Below are positions 8,516 through 17,493 of a stretch of 51,733 nucleotides of DNA, one piece after another. Location: NCBI GenBank assembly GCA_902569865.1, contig CACFVT010000003.1:1-51733 (forward strand), in the 5' to 3' direction. The position numbers and the translations under genes are program-made. Under the pieces are notes generated by a model. The model searched no databases. It was not told where the DNA came from and was given only the letters and a program-made list of their open reading frames with translations. Source of the stretch: an uncultured Alphaproteobacteria bacterium (lineage in GTDB: Bacteria > Pseudomonadota > Alphaproteobacteria > HIMB59 > GCA-002718135). How positions within the stretch are numbered: position 1 is the stretch's first letter; the number at the start of each line of letters is the position of its first letter.

Positions 8516-8962
8516 TCAATGTTTATGACTATGAGTGCGTCCCATTCCGTATGCTCCGCCATCTGGATTAAATTTTTCAAATACCTTTTTTACATTTCCA
8601 TGTAATTTTAAAATCATATCTAAAATTACTGCATCATCTTGAATAACAATTCTATTTTCTTCTATTTGACAAGGTAAGTGTCTATTTCCAATATGCCAAA
8701 TAATTTGTTTTAAATTATCTCCAGTTATTTCAATTAAATTTTCTTTTTTAGATATTACTTTAATTAATTTACCATTTTCTAATTCAAAAAAATGGCTCTC
8801 ATCAACACTAACAGTTTCTTCCAGATTTACTAAAAATTCAGTACCTTTATTTGCAATTAGTTTTTTTCGACGAATGAATCTTTCTTCATAAGATAATGAA
8901 ATTTCATCTACAAACTCTTTATTAATATCATTATGATTTATAATTTTGAAAGATGTATACAT
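8516..8962 (-). CDS. ureE: Urease accessory metallochaperone UreE
   Basis: 148 aa with conserved GNRH motif (HIGNRHLP) and His-rich C-terminal tail (GRTHSHKH). Confidence 0.9.
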   Translation of the reverse strand: MYTSFKIINHNDINKEFVDEISLSYEERFIRRKKLIANKGTEFLVNLEETVSVDESHFFELENGKLIKVISKKENLIEITGDNLKQIIWHIGNRHLPCQIEENRIVIQDDAVILDMILKLHGNVKKVFEKFNPDGGAYGMGRTHSHKH

Positions 8963-8963
8963 A

Positions 8964-10670
8964 TTAGTACATAAAATAACGTTGAGCTAATGGTAATATT
9001 TTAGCAGGTTCACAAGTAATTAATTCGCCATCTGCAATAACTTCATAAGTTTCTGGATTAACCTCTATGTTTGGACAATAATTATTTAATACCATATCTT
9101 TTTTAGAAATTTTCCTAATATTTTTAACTGGTAATAAAGATTTACCAATACCAGAATTTTTATGTGAATCTTTATCCAAAGATATTTGACTGACAAAGAT
9201 AACAGATGATTTCTCCAAAGATTTTCCAAAAGATGAAAACATTGGTCGTGAATATACTGGCTGTGGTGTAGGAATTGATGCATTAGGATCACCCATTTGT
9301 GCACAAGCTATACTTCCGCCCTGCAGTACCATTTCAGGTTTGACACCAAAAAAGGCTGTATCCCAAATGACAATATCTGCACGTTTGTTTTTTTCGATAC
9401 TGCCAATATGATCAGAAATACCATGCGCTATGGCAGGATTAATTGTATATTTAGCAATATATCTTTTCACACGTAAATTATCATTATCACCCTTCTCTTC
9501 TTTTAATTTTCCACGTTGAACTTTCATTTTATGTGCTGTTTGCCATGTTCTAATAATAACTTCACCCACACGACCCATTGCTTGACTATCAGATGCAATG
9601 ATTGAAAATGCACCCATATCATGAAGTATATCTTCTGCAGCAATTGTTTCTTTCCGTATACGACTTTCAGCAAAAGCTACATCCTCAGGTATTGATTTAT
9701 CTAGATGATGACAAACCATTAACATATCTAAATGTTCTTCTACTGTATTAACTGTATATGGTCTTGTAGGGTTTGTAGAAGATGGAATTACATATTCTTC
9801 ACCACAAACTTTTATAATATCTGGAGCATGACCTCCCCCAGCTCCTTCTGTGTGAAAGGCATGAATAGTTCTTCCATTAATTGCCTTAATTGTGCTTTCT
9901 ACAAATCCACTTTCATTTAATGTATCAGTATGAATCATAACTTGAATGTCATGTTTATCAGCAACATTTAAACAATTATCTATTGCGGCTGGAGTTGTGC
10001 CCCAATCTTCGTGTAATTTTAATGAACACGCACCAGCAACTACTTGTTCTTCAAGTGCTTGAGGTAATGAACTATTGCCTTTACCTGCAAAAGCTAAATT
10101 CATTGAAAAAGCATCTGCAGATTGTATCATTTTCTCTATATGCCAAGGTCCAGGTGTAACAGTCGTAGCTAACGTACCGTGTGCTGGGCCAGTACCACCA
10201 CCTAACATAGTCGTGATACCTGAGTGAAGTGCATCATCAATTTGTTGAGGGCAAATAAAATGAATGTGACTATCAAATCCTCCAGCTGTTATAATTTTAC
10301 CTTCACCAGCTATTATTTCTGTTCCAGGTCCAATAATAATATTTACATTTGGTTGAGTATCAGGATTACCAGCTTTACCAATTTCGTTAATCAATCCATC
10401 TTTAAGTCCTATATCAGCTTTATAAATCCCGTTTACATCAACAATTAAAGCATTTGTAATAACTGTATCCATAGCACCATCTTTACGTGATACTTGAGAC
10501 TGACCCATTCCATCTCGAATAACTTTACCTCCACCAAATTTAACTTCCTCTCCATAGGTCGTTAAATCTTTTTCTACTTCAATAAAAAGTTCTGTATCAG
10601 CTAGTCTAATTTTATCTCCAGTTGTTGGCCCATACATATCAGCATATGCATCTCTATTTATTTTTTTCAT
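8964..10670 (-). CDS. ureC: Urease alpha subunit UreC
   Basis: 568 aa with active-site motifs [16 protein letters not shown] and [13 protein letters not shown]. Confidence 0.97.
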   Translation of the reverse strand: MKKINRDAYADMYGPTTGDKIRLADTELFIEVEKDLTTYGEEVKFGGGKVIRDGMGQSQVSRKDGAMDTVITNALIVDVNGIYKADIGLKDGLINEIGKAGNPDTQPNVNIIIGPGTEIIAGEGKIITAGGFDSHIHFICPQQIDDALHSGITTMLGGGTGPAHGTLATTVTPGPWHIEKMIQSADAFSMNLAFAGKGNSSLPQALEEQVVAGACSLKLHEDWGTTPAAIDNCLNVADKHDIQVMIHTDTLNESGFVESTIKAINGRTIHAFHTEGAGGGHAPDIIKVCGEEYVIPSSTNPTRPYTVNTVEEHLDMLMVCHHLDKSIPEDVAFAESRIRKETIAAEDILHDMGAFSIIASDSQAMGRVGEVIIRTWQTAHKMKVQRGKLKEEKGDNDNLRVKRYIAKYTINPAIAHGISDHIGSIEKNKRADIVIWDTAFFGVKPEMVLQGGSIACAQMGDPNASIPTPQPVYSRPMFSSFGKSLEKSSVIFVSQISLDKDSHKNSGIGKSLLPVKNIRKISKKDMVLNNYCPNIEVNPETYEVIADGELITCEPAKILPLAQRYFMY

Positions 10671-10981
10671 TATAATTGCCCCATAACTTTTTTATTAAAA
10701 CCAAATATTTTTCTATTTCCTTTTATAGGAATTAATTCGACATCTTTTGATTGGCCAGGTTCAAATCGAACAGCTGTACCAGATGGTATATTTAAACGCA
10801 TACCTTTTGATTTTTCTCTATAAAATTTTAAATATTCGTTTGTTTCTGCAAAATGGTAATGACTTCCAACTTGTATAGGACGATCTCCAGTATTTGATAT
10901 TTTCAAAGTTATTGAATTTCTATCTTCATTAAGAATGATATCATTGTTTTGTTTTGTAATTATTTCTCCAGGTTTCATCAT
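10670..10981 (-). CDS. ureB: Urease beta subunit UreB
   Basis: 103 aa with PGE... [17 protein letters not shown] motif. Overlaps ureC by 1 nt and ureA by 4 nt. Confidence 0.95.
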   Translation of the reverse strand: MMKPGEIITKQNNDIILNEDRNSITLKISNTGDRPIQVGSHYHFAETNEYLKFYREKSKGMRLNIPSGTAVRFEPGQSKDVELIPIKGNRKIFGFNKKVMGQL

Positions 10982-11280
10982 CTTATTGGTTTATGTACGG
11001 TGACTAATTTTGTGCCATCAGGAAATGTAGCTTCAACTTGTACTTCTTGAATCATATCTGGAATTCCATCCATACAATCATCTTTTTTTATAACATGAGC
11101 ACCTAACTCCATTAATTCTGATACCATTTTACCGTCTCTTGCACCTTCTATAACAAAATCTGTTATTAGAGCTATAGCCTCGGGGTAATTAAGTTTTACA
11201 CCTCTTTCTAAGCGTTTTCTTGCAACATTTGCTGCCATACTAATCATTAACTTATCTTTTTCCCTTGGTGTTAATTTCAT
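10978..11280 (-). CDS. ureA: Urease gamma subunit UreA
   Basis: 100 aa with the canonical [14 protein letters not shown]-terminus. Confidence 0.95.
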   Translation of the reverse strand: MKLTPREKDKLMISMAANVARKRLERGVKLNYPEAIALITDFVIEGARDGKMVSELMELGAHVIKKDDCMDGIPDMIQEVQVEATFPDGTKLVTVHKPIR

Positions 11281-12075
11281 TTATAAATCCCAATTTTTTG
11301 GAAGCTTATCATGCATTATATTATTCAAAATATAATTTAATGTTTTTTTTAAATAATAATTATCATCTGCTAAGCTTCTTATAATAATTTTATCATCAAA
11401 TTTTGTCATTTCACAATAATGATTATCTGTATTGTTAATAATATTTGTTAATTCTGGTTCAAGTTGATGAATAATTTCGCCAAATATTAAAATTGTTGAT
11501 AAAGATGATTTATTACCAAATGAAAAAGGATTATTGTAATTATCATTAAATGATCCTTTGATATTAATAGCTTCAAAATGCTTTAACGAAGAATTGATAT
11601 GAATTTTCCATTGATCAAAAAATGATAAATTTTTAACTTGTTCAGACATTGCTTTTCTTCCAAAGATAGAAGTTTCACAGAAAATCAAATTAGAATTATT
11701 TAAAAGATTTATATTAATTTTTCTATCTAGTTTTGAATTATTAAATAAAATTAATTCTTTTGGTAACCAATACAAATTAGAATTATTTAAAGTTATATTA
11801 ATATCAACTTTTGCTGGATCACCAATTCCTGCATAAACTTTTTCAGCAGCTTGGGTGCAAATACTTAATTTTGATTTTTCTATTAAAGCATTAATTTCAA
11901 TTTTATCATTACAAGTTATACCTCCAGCTGTATTAATTAATACTAATTCGGTATTACTATTGTAACTATTAGGATTTAAGATTTTACAACAACCACTCTG
12001 AAAATTTTTTTTAAAATTATTGTTTGAAAACTCAATATCTATTTTCCCGTTAGATCTTTGTAATATTTTATCCAT
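11281..12075 (-). CDS. ureD: Urease accessory protein UreD/UreH
   Basis: 264 aa, first gene of the operon, and its stop abuts the ureA start. UreD-like pattern (LINTAGGITCND). Confidence 0.85.
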   Translation of the reverse strand: MDKILQRSNGKIDIEFSNNNFKKNFQSGCCKILNPNSYNSNTELVLINTAGGITCNDKIEINALIEKSKLSICTQAAEKVYAGIGDPAKVDINITLNNSNLYWLPKELILFNNSKLDRKININLLNNSNLIFCETSIFGRKAMSEQVKNLSFFDQWKIHINSSLKHFEAINIKGSFNDNYNNPFSFGNKSSLSTILIFGEIIHQLEPELTNIINNTDNHYCEMTKFDDKIIIRSLADDNYYLKKTLNYILNNIMHDKLPKNWDL

Positions 12076-12123
12076 AATTTATAGATAATTATAAATGAAA
12101 CTTAAATTAAAAAAATCAATATT

Positions 12124-12200
12124 TGGCGTGCCCGGCATGATTCGAACATGCGACCCCCAGATTAGGAATCTGGTGCTCTATCCTACTGAGCTACGGGCAC
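12124..12200 (-). tRNA. tRNA-Arg (anticodon CCT)
   Basis: The reverse complement folds as a cloverleaf: acceptor GTGCCCG/CGGGCAC, anticodon stem CCAGA/TCTGG with loop TTCCTAA, T-arm GCATG-TTCGAAT-CATGC, encoded CCA. Confidence 0.93.
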
Positions 12201-12297
12201 ATAATTTATTTTTATTGTCACGTTAATAATTTATACAAATTTGATATATATTTAAATTAATAGTTAAAAAATTAATTTTTTATAATGGAGAGTTAAT

Positions 12298-12621
12298 ATG
12301 ATTAGAAAAGGGATGGTCAGGGCTATTAAACCTGAATGTATTAAAGAATATAAAAAAACACATTCAGATGTTTGGCCTGAAATATTAGAAAGAATTACAA
12401 ATTGTAAAATTAAAAATTATTCTGTTTTTTCTCAAGATGACAGATTGTTTAGTTTTTTTGAATATTATGGTGAAAATTTTGAACAAGATACAAAAATAAT
12501 GAGAGAGAATTCTATATTTCAGAAATGGGAGAAAGTTCATGAACACATGTTCATGCCTTTAGAAAATAGAACTAAAGATGAAGGATGGATAGAATTAGAA
12601 GAAGTTTTTAGAAAAGAATGA
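12298..12621 (+). CDS. L-rhamnose mutarotase (RhaM/YiiL)-family protein
   Basis: 107 aa. MIRK..., EY..TH..VWPE, NYSVF, QKW and EEVF match my recollection of E. coli YiiL. GGAG SD upstream. Confidence 0.7.
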   Translation: MIRKGMVRAIKPECIKEYKKTHSDVWPEILERITNCKIKNYSVFSQDDRLFSFFEYYGENFEQDTKIMRENSIFQKWEKVHEHMFMPLENRTKDEGWIELEEVFRKE

Positions 12622-12642
12622 ATAATAATATTATATAGGATT

Positions 12643-12831
12643 TTAATGATGGTGTTTCATATGTTCCATATATTCATTATGCTCACTAATCATTTTATCT
12701 AAACTTATTTTTAATTCTAAGGCATTAGGCCATGCTTCTATATCAAGTTTACCATTATCAAGATATTTAAGAATTCTTTGTATGTCTTCTATATTTTTAA
12801 AATCTTCATCATTCATTATAAAATCTTTCAT
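12643..12831 (-). CDS. Small acidic hypothetical protein with C-terminal His-rich tail (EHMKHHH)
   Basis: 62-aa ORF, 9 nt downstream of the small membrane ORF 12841..13020 on the same strand. Confidence 0.5.
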   Translation of the reverse strand: MKDFIMNDEDFKNIEDIQRILKYLDNGKLDIEAWPNALELKISLDKMISEHNEYMEHMKHHH

Positions 12832-12840
12832 TATTTACAT

Positions 12841-13020
12841 TTATATCCAAGAGTAACCAACACATATGATGGCAATAGTAAGAAAAATATACATAGCTCT
12901 ATTTCTAAATATTTTTTGTTTTTCATTAATCCCATATTTTCTTTTTTGATAGTAAAAATATACACCTAGAAATAAGAAGAAAAATCCAATAAGATATACA
13001 TACCATTGTAGCTCACTCAT
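12841..13020 (-). CDS. Unlisted 59-aa two-TM membrane protein (below the ORF-track cutoff)
   Basis: Hand translation gives MSELQWYVYLIGFFFLFLGVYFYYQKRKYGINEKQKIFRNRAMYIFLTIAIICVGYSWI*. That is two hydrophobic helices with a basic loop, co-oriented between 13048..13446 and 12643..12831. Confidence 0.5.
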   Translation of the reverse strand: MSELQWYVYLIGFFFLFLGVYFYYQKRKYGINEKQKIFRNRAMYIFLTIAIICVGYSWI

Positions 13021-13047
13021 ATAATTAATTAAATATATATTAAAAAA

Positions 13048-13446
13048 CTATTTACGAAGAAAGTAATTTCTAAATTCAGGTTTTCCTGCCTGATATAAAA
13101 CAATAGATATTATTAACCAGAAAATTGATACTGCATATTCTGATAAAGAAACTTGATACTTGTAAAAAACTACACTTCCAATTGTTGCTAAAAAGAACAA
13201 AAAAATTCCCAAAAACTGAATTGGGTATAATTTTTTAGTTTGGAAAAATATATAAAGTGTACCAAAATATGCAAAAGTTGCCGCAGTTGCTAACCGAACA
13301 GCCTGCAAACGATGAACTGGTACATCATTAAAATCATTTGTAATTGTAAATGGAAAAACAATTGAAAAATTAAAAATAAAACCAATAATTAAAATAGAAG
13401 CAAATAAGGTTAATAAAATAATAATTAGTTTAGCTAGAAATCTCAT
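13048..13446 (-). CDS. Integral membrane protein, unknown function
   Basis: 132 aa with about four hydrophobic helices. Confidence 0.65.
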   Translation of the reverse strand: MRFLAKLIIILLTLFASILIIGFIFNFSIVFPFTITNDFNDVPVHRLQAVRLATAATFAYFGTLYIFFQTKKLYPIQFLGIFLFFLATIGSVVFYKYQVSLSEYAVSIFWLIISIVLYQAGKPEFRNYFLRK

Positions 13447-13597
13447 AAAAAAAACTCAAATTTGCCTTTTTTAAATAGGAAAATTTGACTGACATATTCT
13501 TTATAATACTAAAAATAGAAAAAAATTGAATAATTATCTAATTTAATCATAAATACTGTCAAGAAATAGTAATAAATTTTAACTTAATTTTAATAAT

Positions 13598-14062
13598 TTA
13601 ATGACAAGTAATATTGTATTTTTTTAACCGATAATAATTATAGGGCCATGGAGTCACAAAACCAGCTAACAACATTAAGGGAATTATCCACCAAACAAGT
13701 TTAGCCTCTCCTAATAATACCCAATCTACAGTGTTCATTGATATTTCCATAGATATCATTGAAATTAAGCTCATACCAACTGCAATTTTAAAAGCTTTAC
13801 TTAAAATCATTTGCCTAGATAAAACAATAGTTTCAAGAGCAATACTTGTAACAATTCCATTGAAAATAGCCAAGATCATGATTGATAAAGTTGCCCATGG
13901 GATCCCAGTTAACTGAAAGTACAAAATAGTTCCAAAATCACCAATTGAGCAACCTAATAAACACCATGCTGTATTTTTAGCACTAAGCCTCCAAGTATGT
14001 TTACATTTCCAATGAAAACTAGAGATGTTTTTTTTTACGTAATTTACTGAAGTTTTATTCAT
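13598..14062 (-). CDS. Integral membrane protein with conserved Cys motif (possibly DUF4396-like)
   Basis: 154 aa with four predicted helices and a CLLGCSIGDFG motif. The family name is from memory only. Confidence 0.6.
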   Translation of the reverse strand: MNKTSVNYVKKNISSFHWKCKHTWRLSAKNTAWCLLGCSIGDFGTILYFQLTGIPWATLSIMILAIFNGIVTSIALETIVLSRQMILSKAFKIAVGMSLISMISMEISMNTVDWVLLGEAKLVWWIIPLMLLAGFVTPWPYNYYRLKKYNITCH

Positions 14063-14148
14063 AATGAATATATAATATTAATATTTATAACTACCAGAGA
14101 GACTTTGTGATAATTTGTTTTTTATTAATGTTTAAATAGAGGAAAAAT

Positions 14149-14337
14149 ATGAAAATAATTAGAGAATTAGAAAATATTAAATTGGTTATTGTTGAGATGG
14201 AAGTTAATTTAGGTAAAGAAAAAAGAAAAGGTCTTACATTATGTGCAAAAGATAATGATGGATATTATCCTCTTAATACAGCTCATGATGGTAGACCTAT
14301 TTTGATGAATAAAGAAAACCTTATTAAAATAAATTAA
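14149..14337 (+). CDS. Small hypothetical protein (62 aa)
   Basis: GAGG Shine-Dalgarno 7 nt upstream of the ATG. No motif recognised. Confidence 0.5.
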   Translation: MKIIRELENIKLVIVEMEVNLGKEKRKGLTLCAKDNDGYYPLNTAHDGRPILMNKENLIKIN

Positions 14338-14345
14338 TCAATTTA

Positions 14346-15587
14346 TTAATTTGCCCACTCACCTTTTCTGAATACTGGAATAGCATTGCCATTTTTATCA
14401 ATTCCATCAACATCAATTTGATCAGACCCAATCATCCAATCAATATGTATCATACTAGAATTGCCGCCTCTTTTAGAAATTTCATCTTTAGATAAGTCCG
14501 AATCACCTTTGAAACATTTTGAATAACATTGACCTAGTGCAATATGAGATGCAGCATTTTCATCAAATAATGTATTATAAAAAATTATACCACTCTGGGA
14601 GATTGGAGAGCTATGAGGCACAAGTGCAACTTCACCTATACGGCTTGCACCCTCATCTGATTTAAGTACTTTTCTGAGTACCTCTTCTCCTTTGCTCGCC
14701 TTAGATTCAATAATTTTGCCTTCTTTAAAAGTTACGTTAATATTATCTATCAGAGTTCCTTGGTAAGATAATGGTTTTGTTGAAGAAACTGTTCCCTCTA
14801 CTTTATATGCGTGAGGTGTGGTAAAGACTTCTTCTGACGGAATATTAGGATTACAAATAATACCGTTTTGAGCTTTAGAAGCCCCTCCCATCCATTCATG
14901 ATCATCTGCTAAACCAATTTTAAGATCAGTATTAGGACCATTATATTGCAGGGCTGCAAAATTTTTTTCATTTAACCATTTAGTTTTAATTCTTAATTTC
15001 TCATTATGATCATCCCATGCTTGGATTGGATCATCAACTGAGGCTCTTGAAGCATCAAATATTGCATCAGCTAATTTAACTATTGCTTCATCTAATGGTA
15101 AGTCTGGAAAAACTCTTGAAGCCCAAGCACTACCAGGCCAAGAAACTATATTCCAATTTATTTTAAATTCAGTAATTCTCTCTCTAGCCGGTTTATAAGC
15201 TTTGGCCATAGCTTTATTAGCTCTAGATACTTTTTCAGGATCCATTTTGGAAAGAAGCATTGGATCGTCACCTGCTATTGCCATTCTTGCAGTATTATTA
15301 TCAAAGGCTTCGCCCATACCATTGTATAGCCAATCAGTTGCTGTATCAAAAGATTCATTTGGTGCAAATTTGAAACGTGATAGTATAATATCAGAATCAG
15401 TAAATAAGGGCGTTACAATATTTGCTCCTTCCCTATACGCATGTTCAGCAATTTTTCTAACAAGTGGGATAGATTCAATTGGTGCTGTGATAAGAAGATT
15501 TTGACCTTTTTGCAATCCTACACCTCTTTTAACTGCCAGATTAGCAAGTTTATCAATTTTTAATTCATCAATTTTTAAATCACTCAT
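14346..15587 (-). CDS. M29-family aminopeptidase (AmpS/PepS-like)
   Basis: 413 aa with typical N-terminal LANLAVKRGVGLQKGQ and C-terminal IHIDWMIG pattern. Confidence 0.85.
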   Translation of the reverse strand: MSDLKIDELKIDKLANLAVKRGVGLQKGQNLLITAPIESIPLVRKIAEHAYREGANIVTPLFTDSDIILSRFKFAPNESFDTATDWLYNGMGEAFDNNTARMAIAGDDPMLLSKMDPEKVSRANKAMAKAYKPARERITEFKINWNIVSWPGSAWASRVFPDLPLDEAIVKLADAIFDASRASVDDPIQAWDDHNEKLRIKTKWLNEKNFAALQYNGPNTDLKIGLADDHEWMGGASKAQNGIICNPNIPSEEVFTTPHAYKVEGTVSSTKPLSYQGTLIDNINVTFKEGKIIESKASKGEEVLRKVLKSDEGASRIGEVALVPHSSPISQSGIIFYNTLFDENAASHIALGQCYSKCFKGDSDLSKDEISKRGGNSSMIHIDWMIGSDQIDVDGIDKNGNAIPVFRKGEWAN

Positions 15588-15709
15588 CTTTTATTGTTCC
15601 AAAATATGGTATTCATAAATTTCCAAAAAATAAATTATTAAATTAAAATAGACATAATTGGTAATTCAAAAATAACAATAGTTAAAATGATCAAAATTAA
15701 TAAAAATGA

Positions 15710-16108
15710 CTATCTTAATAGTTTATAATTTCTTGAAATAAAAATAATACTAATTAACAAACCTAATAAAAATAATATTGAATTAAATGTAATTGATTCA
15801 ATGGTAGTTTCTCCAGGACTATTAGAAAAAATATATCTCAAAAAATTTATAAATATTAATAATTGGATTAAAAAGATTGTAAGAAATAAAGGGAGTTGTC
15901 CATTAATTGACTTCTTTAGAATAAGAAAAAGTGAAATTGCTAATGAAAAAAAAATTATACCTACAACTTCACTTAAACCTGCAATTGCATGATTAAAAGA
16001 TCCTAAATTATTTAAGGCAAATTCATCAGTAAAAATCAAAAGTTGAAATGAATAATAAAGTAAGAAAAGTATATTTAATATAATTAATAAATTGTTTGTC
16101 TTATTCAT
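15710..16108 (-). CDS. Integral membrane protein, unknown function
   Basis: 132 aa with four hydrophobic segments. Confidence 0.6.
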   Translation of the reverse strand: MNKTNNLLIILNILFLLYYSFQLLIFTDEFALNNLGSFNHAIAGLSEVVGIIFFSLAISLFLILKKSINGQLPLFLTIFLIQLLIFINFLRYIFSNSPGETTIESITFNSILFLLGLLISIIFISRNYKLLR

Positions 16109-16152
16109 TTTAGTTTAATGAATTTTATAAAAAGATATTATATATATACATT

Positions 16153-16764
16153 ATGATTAAAATATCAAAATATCCTTTAATCATTGCTTTATTTACAATA
16201 ATTTATACTAATATATCCATGGCTTTAGAAGAACCAAAATTTCAAATACTTAAATCAAATGGAAAATATGAAGTAAGAAAATATAATGATCGTTTAGCAG
16301 TAGAAGTAGAATATTCTAATGAAGACTCTGGATTTAGGTATTTATTTAATTATATTTCTGGAGAAAACATGCAATCAGAAAAAATTAATATGACTGTACC
16401 TGTCACTCAATCTGTTAAAATTGATATGACAGCTCCTGTTACTCAATCAAAAGAAGATGGAAAAATGGTAATGCAGTTTTTTTTACCATCAAAGTTTACT
16501 TTCAAAACTGCACCAAAGCCAACAAATAATAGAGTAAGTCTTGTAGTTTTAGAAGGTGGAGTTTATGCAGTAATTAAATATTCTGGAAGATTAACAGATA
16601 AAAATTTTCAAAAACATTATGAAGAACTAAAAGATTATTTAATTAAAGATAAAATTAATTTTATTGAACCAGCTATAAAAGCAACATATGATGGACCTTT
16701 CACACTACCTGTTTTGAGAAGAAATGAAGTAATGATGAAAATTAGCTATAATGAGAAAAGCTAG
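16153..16764 (+). CDS. SOUL heme-binding-family protein with signal peptide
   Basis: 203 aa with a signal peptide, twin I.MT.PV motifs and YDGPFTLPVLRRNEV. Confidence 0.8.
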   Translation: MIKISKYPLIIALFTIIYTNISMALEEPKFQILKSNGKYEVRKYNDRLAVEVEYSNEDSGFRYLFNYISGENMQSEKINMTVPVTQSVKIDMTAPVTQSKEDGKMVMQFFLPSKFTFKTAPKPTNNRVSLVVLEGGVYAVIKYSGRLTDKNFQKHYEELKDYLIKDKINFIEPAIKATYDGPFTLPVLRRNEVMMKISYNEKS

Positions 16765-16832
16765 AATTAAGTCTAATACTTCTTTTTTTGCTGAATTAGA
16801 TAAAAATATATCAAAACAAAGTTACTGTATTT

Positions 16833-17006
16833 ATGATAATTTATAATCATTTTCTTATTTTATTTGAAAAAATATTATTATTTGCCATAATCTTAACCTT
16901 ATTGAGTTGTAATATGAATTCACAAATTAATAATAAAAAAGAAAAAATAAATAACGTTAAATTTAAAATAAATAAAACTATTGGGGTAAATTTAAATAAT
17001 GATTAA
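16833..17006 (+). CDS. Unlisted 57-aa putative lipoprotein (below the ORF-track cutoff)
   Basis: Hand translation gives MIIYNHFLILFEKILLFAIILTLLSCNMNSQ...NLNND*, with lipobox LLSC. Its stop overlaps the next gene's start by 8 nt (AATAATGATTAA). Confidence 0.4.
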   Translation: MIIYNHFLILFEKILLFAIILTLLSCNMNSQINNKKEKINNVKFKINKTIGVNLNND

Positions 17007-17493
17007 ATACTTCTTTCTTATATCAATTTTTTTCATACATGCATGTTCAAATACATCACCAACGAATGTAAAAACAAGTGATGCACAAAAAATAACAGCG
17101 ATTGAATATGGTATTATTAAATCATCATCTCCAGTCAAAATTAAGGGTGAGGCTAATTGGATTGGTGCAACAGCAGGGGGAATGATAGGTGGATTACTTG
17201 GTACTGCAGTTTGTGGTGAAGAGGAAATAATTGGTACAAAATGTCAAGATATTGCAGTAGTCTTTGGAACTATTGGTGGCGTTGCTGCAGGTACTGTAAT
17301 CCAAGCAACACTTGGCAATCATAATGGCTTTCAATATATTATAACAATAGATGAATGTGGTGAAAGTATTGCTACATGTAAAAATAATGAAGATAAAGTT
17401 TTTGTTCAAGGTGATAAAGAGGCAATAACAAAAGGTCAAAGAGTCGTTATTATCTATGGTGATGATATAAGAGTGATGCCGTATGAAGAATAA
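16999..17493 (+). CDS. Glycine-zipper outer-membrane lipoprotein (SlyB / 17-kDa-antigen-like)
   Basis: Lipobox FIHAC. Glycine-zipper stretches GATAGGMIGGLLGTAV and FGTIGGVAAGTV. Confidence 0.7.
   Translation: MIKYFFLISIFFIHACSNTSPTNVKTSDAQKITAIEYGIIKSSSPVKIKGEANWIGATAGGMIGGLLGTAVCGEEEIIGTKCQDIAVVFGTIGGVAAGTVIQATLGNHNGFQYIITIDECGESIATCKNNEDKVFVQGDKEAITKGQRVVIIYGDDIRVMPYEE

Noticed and set aside
9086-10448. ORFs 9086..9304 (-), 9732..9920 (+), 10224..10448 (+)
   Set aside because: All lie inside ureC, either in other frames or on the other strand. ureC is unambiguous.
12778-12969. Plus-strand 63-aa ORF
   Set aside because: It is an Ile/Phe/Tyr-rich shadow. The same DNA is better explained by the minus-strand 62-aa ORF and the 59-aa 2-TM ORF, which fit the local operon.
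13731-13916. Plus-strand 61-aa ORF
   Set aside because: It is antisense within the 154-aa membrane-protein gene.
15202-15504. Plus-strand 100-aa ORF
   Set aside because: It is antisense within the M29 aminopeptidase gene.
15801-15992. Plus-strand 63-aa ORF
   Set aside because: It is antisense within the 132-aa membrane-protein gene.
16380-16450. Tandem 12-aa repeat INMTVPVTQS / IDMTAPVTQS in the SOUL protein
   Set aside because: Twin I.MT.PV motifs are, as far as I recall, a normal feature of the SOUL/HEBP family and not a recent duplication.
17194-17439. Minus-strand 81-aa ORF
   Set aside because: It is antisense within the glycine-zipper lipoprotein gene.
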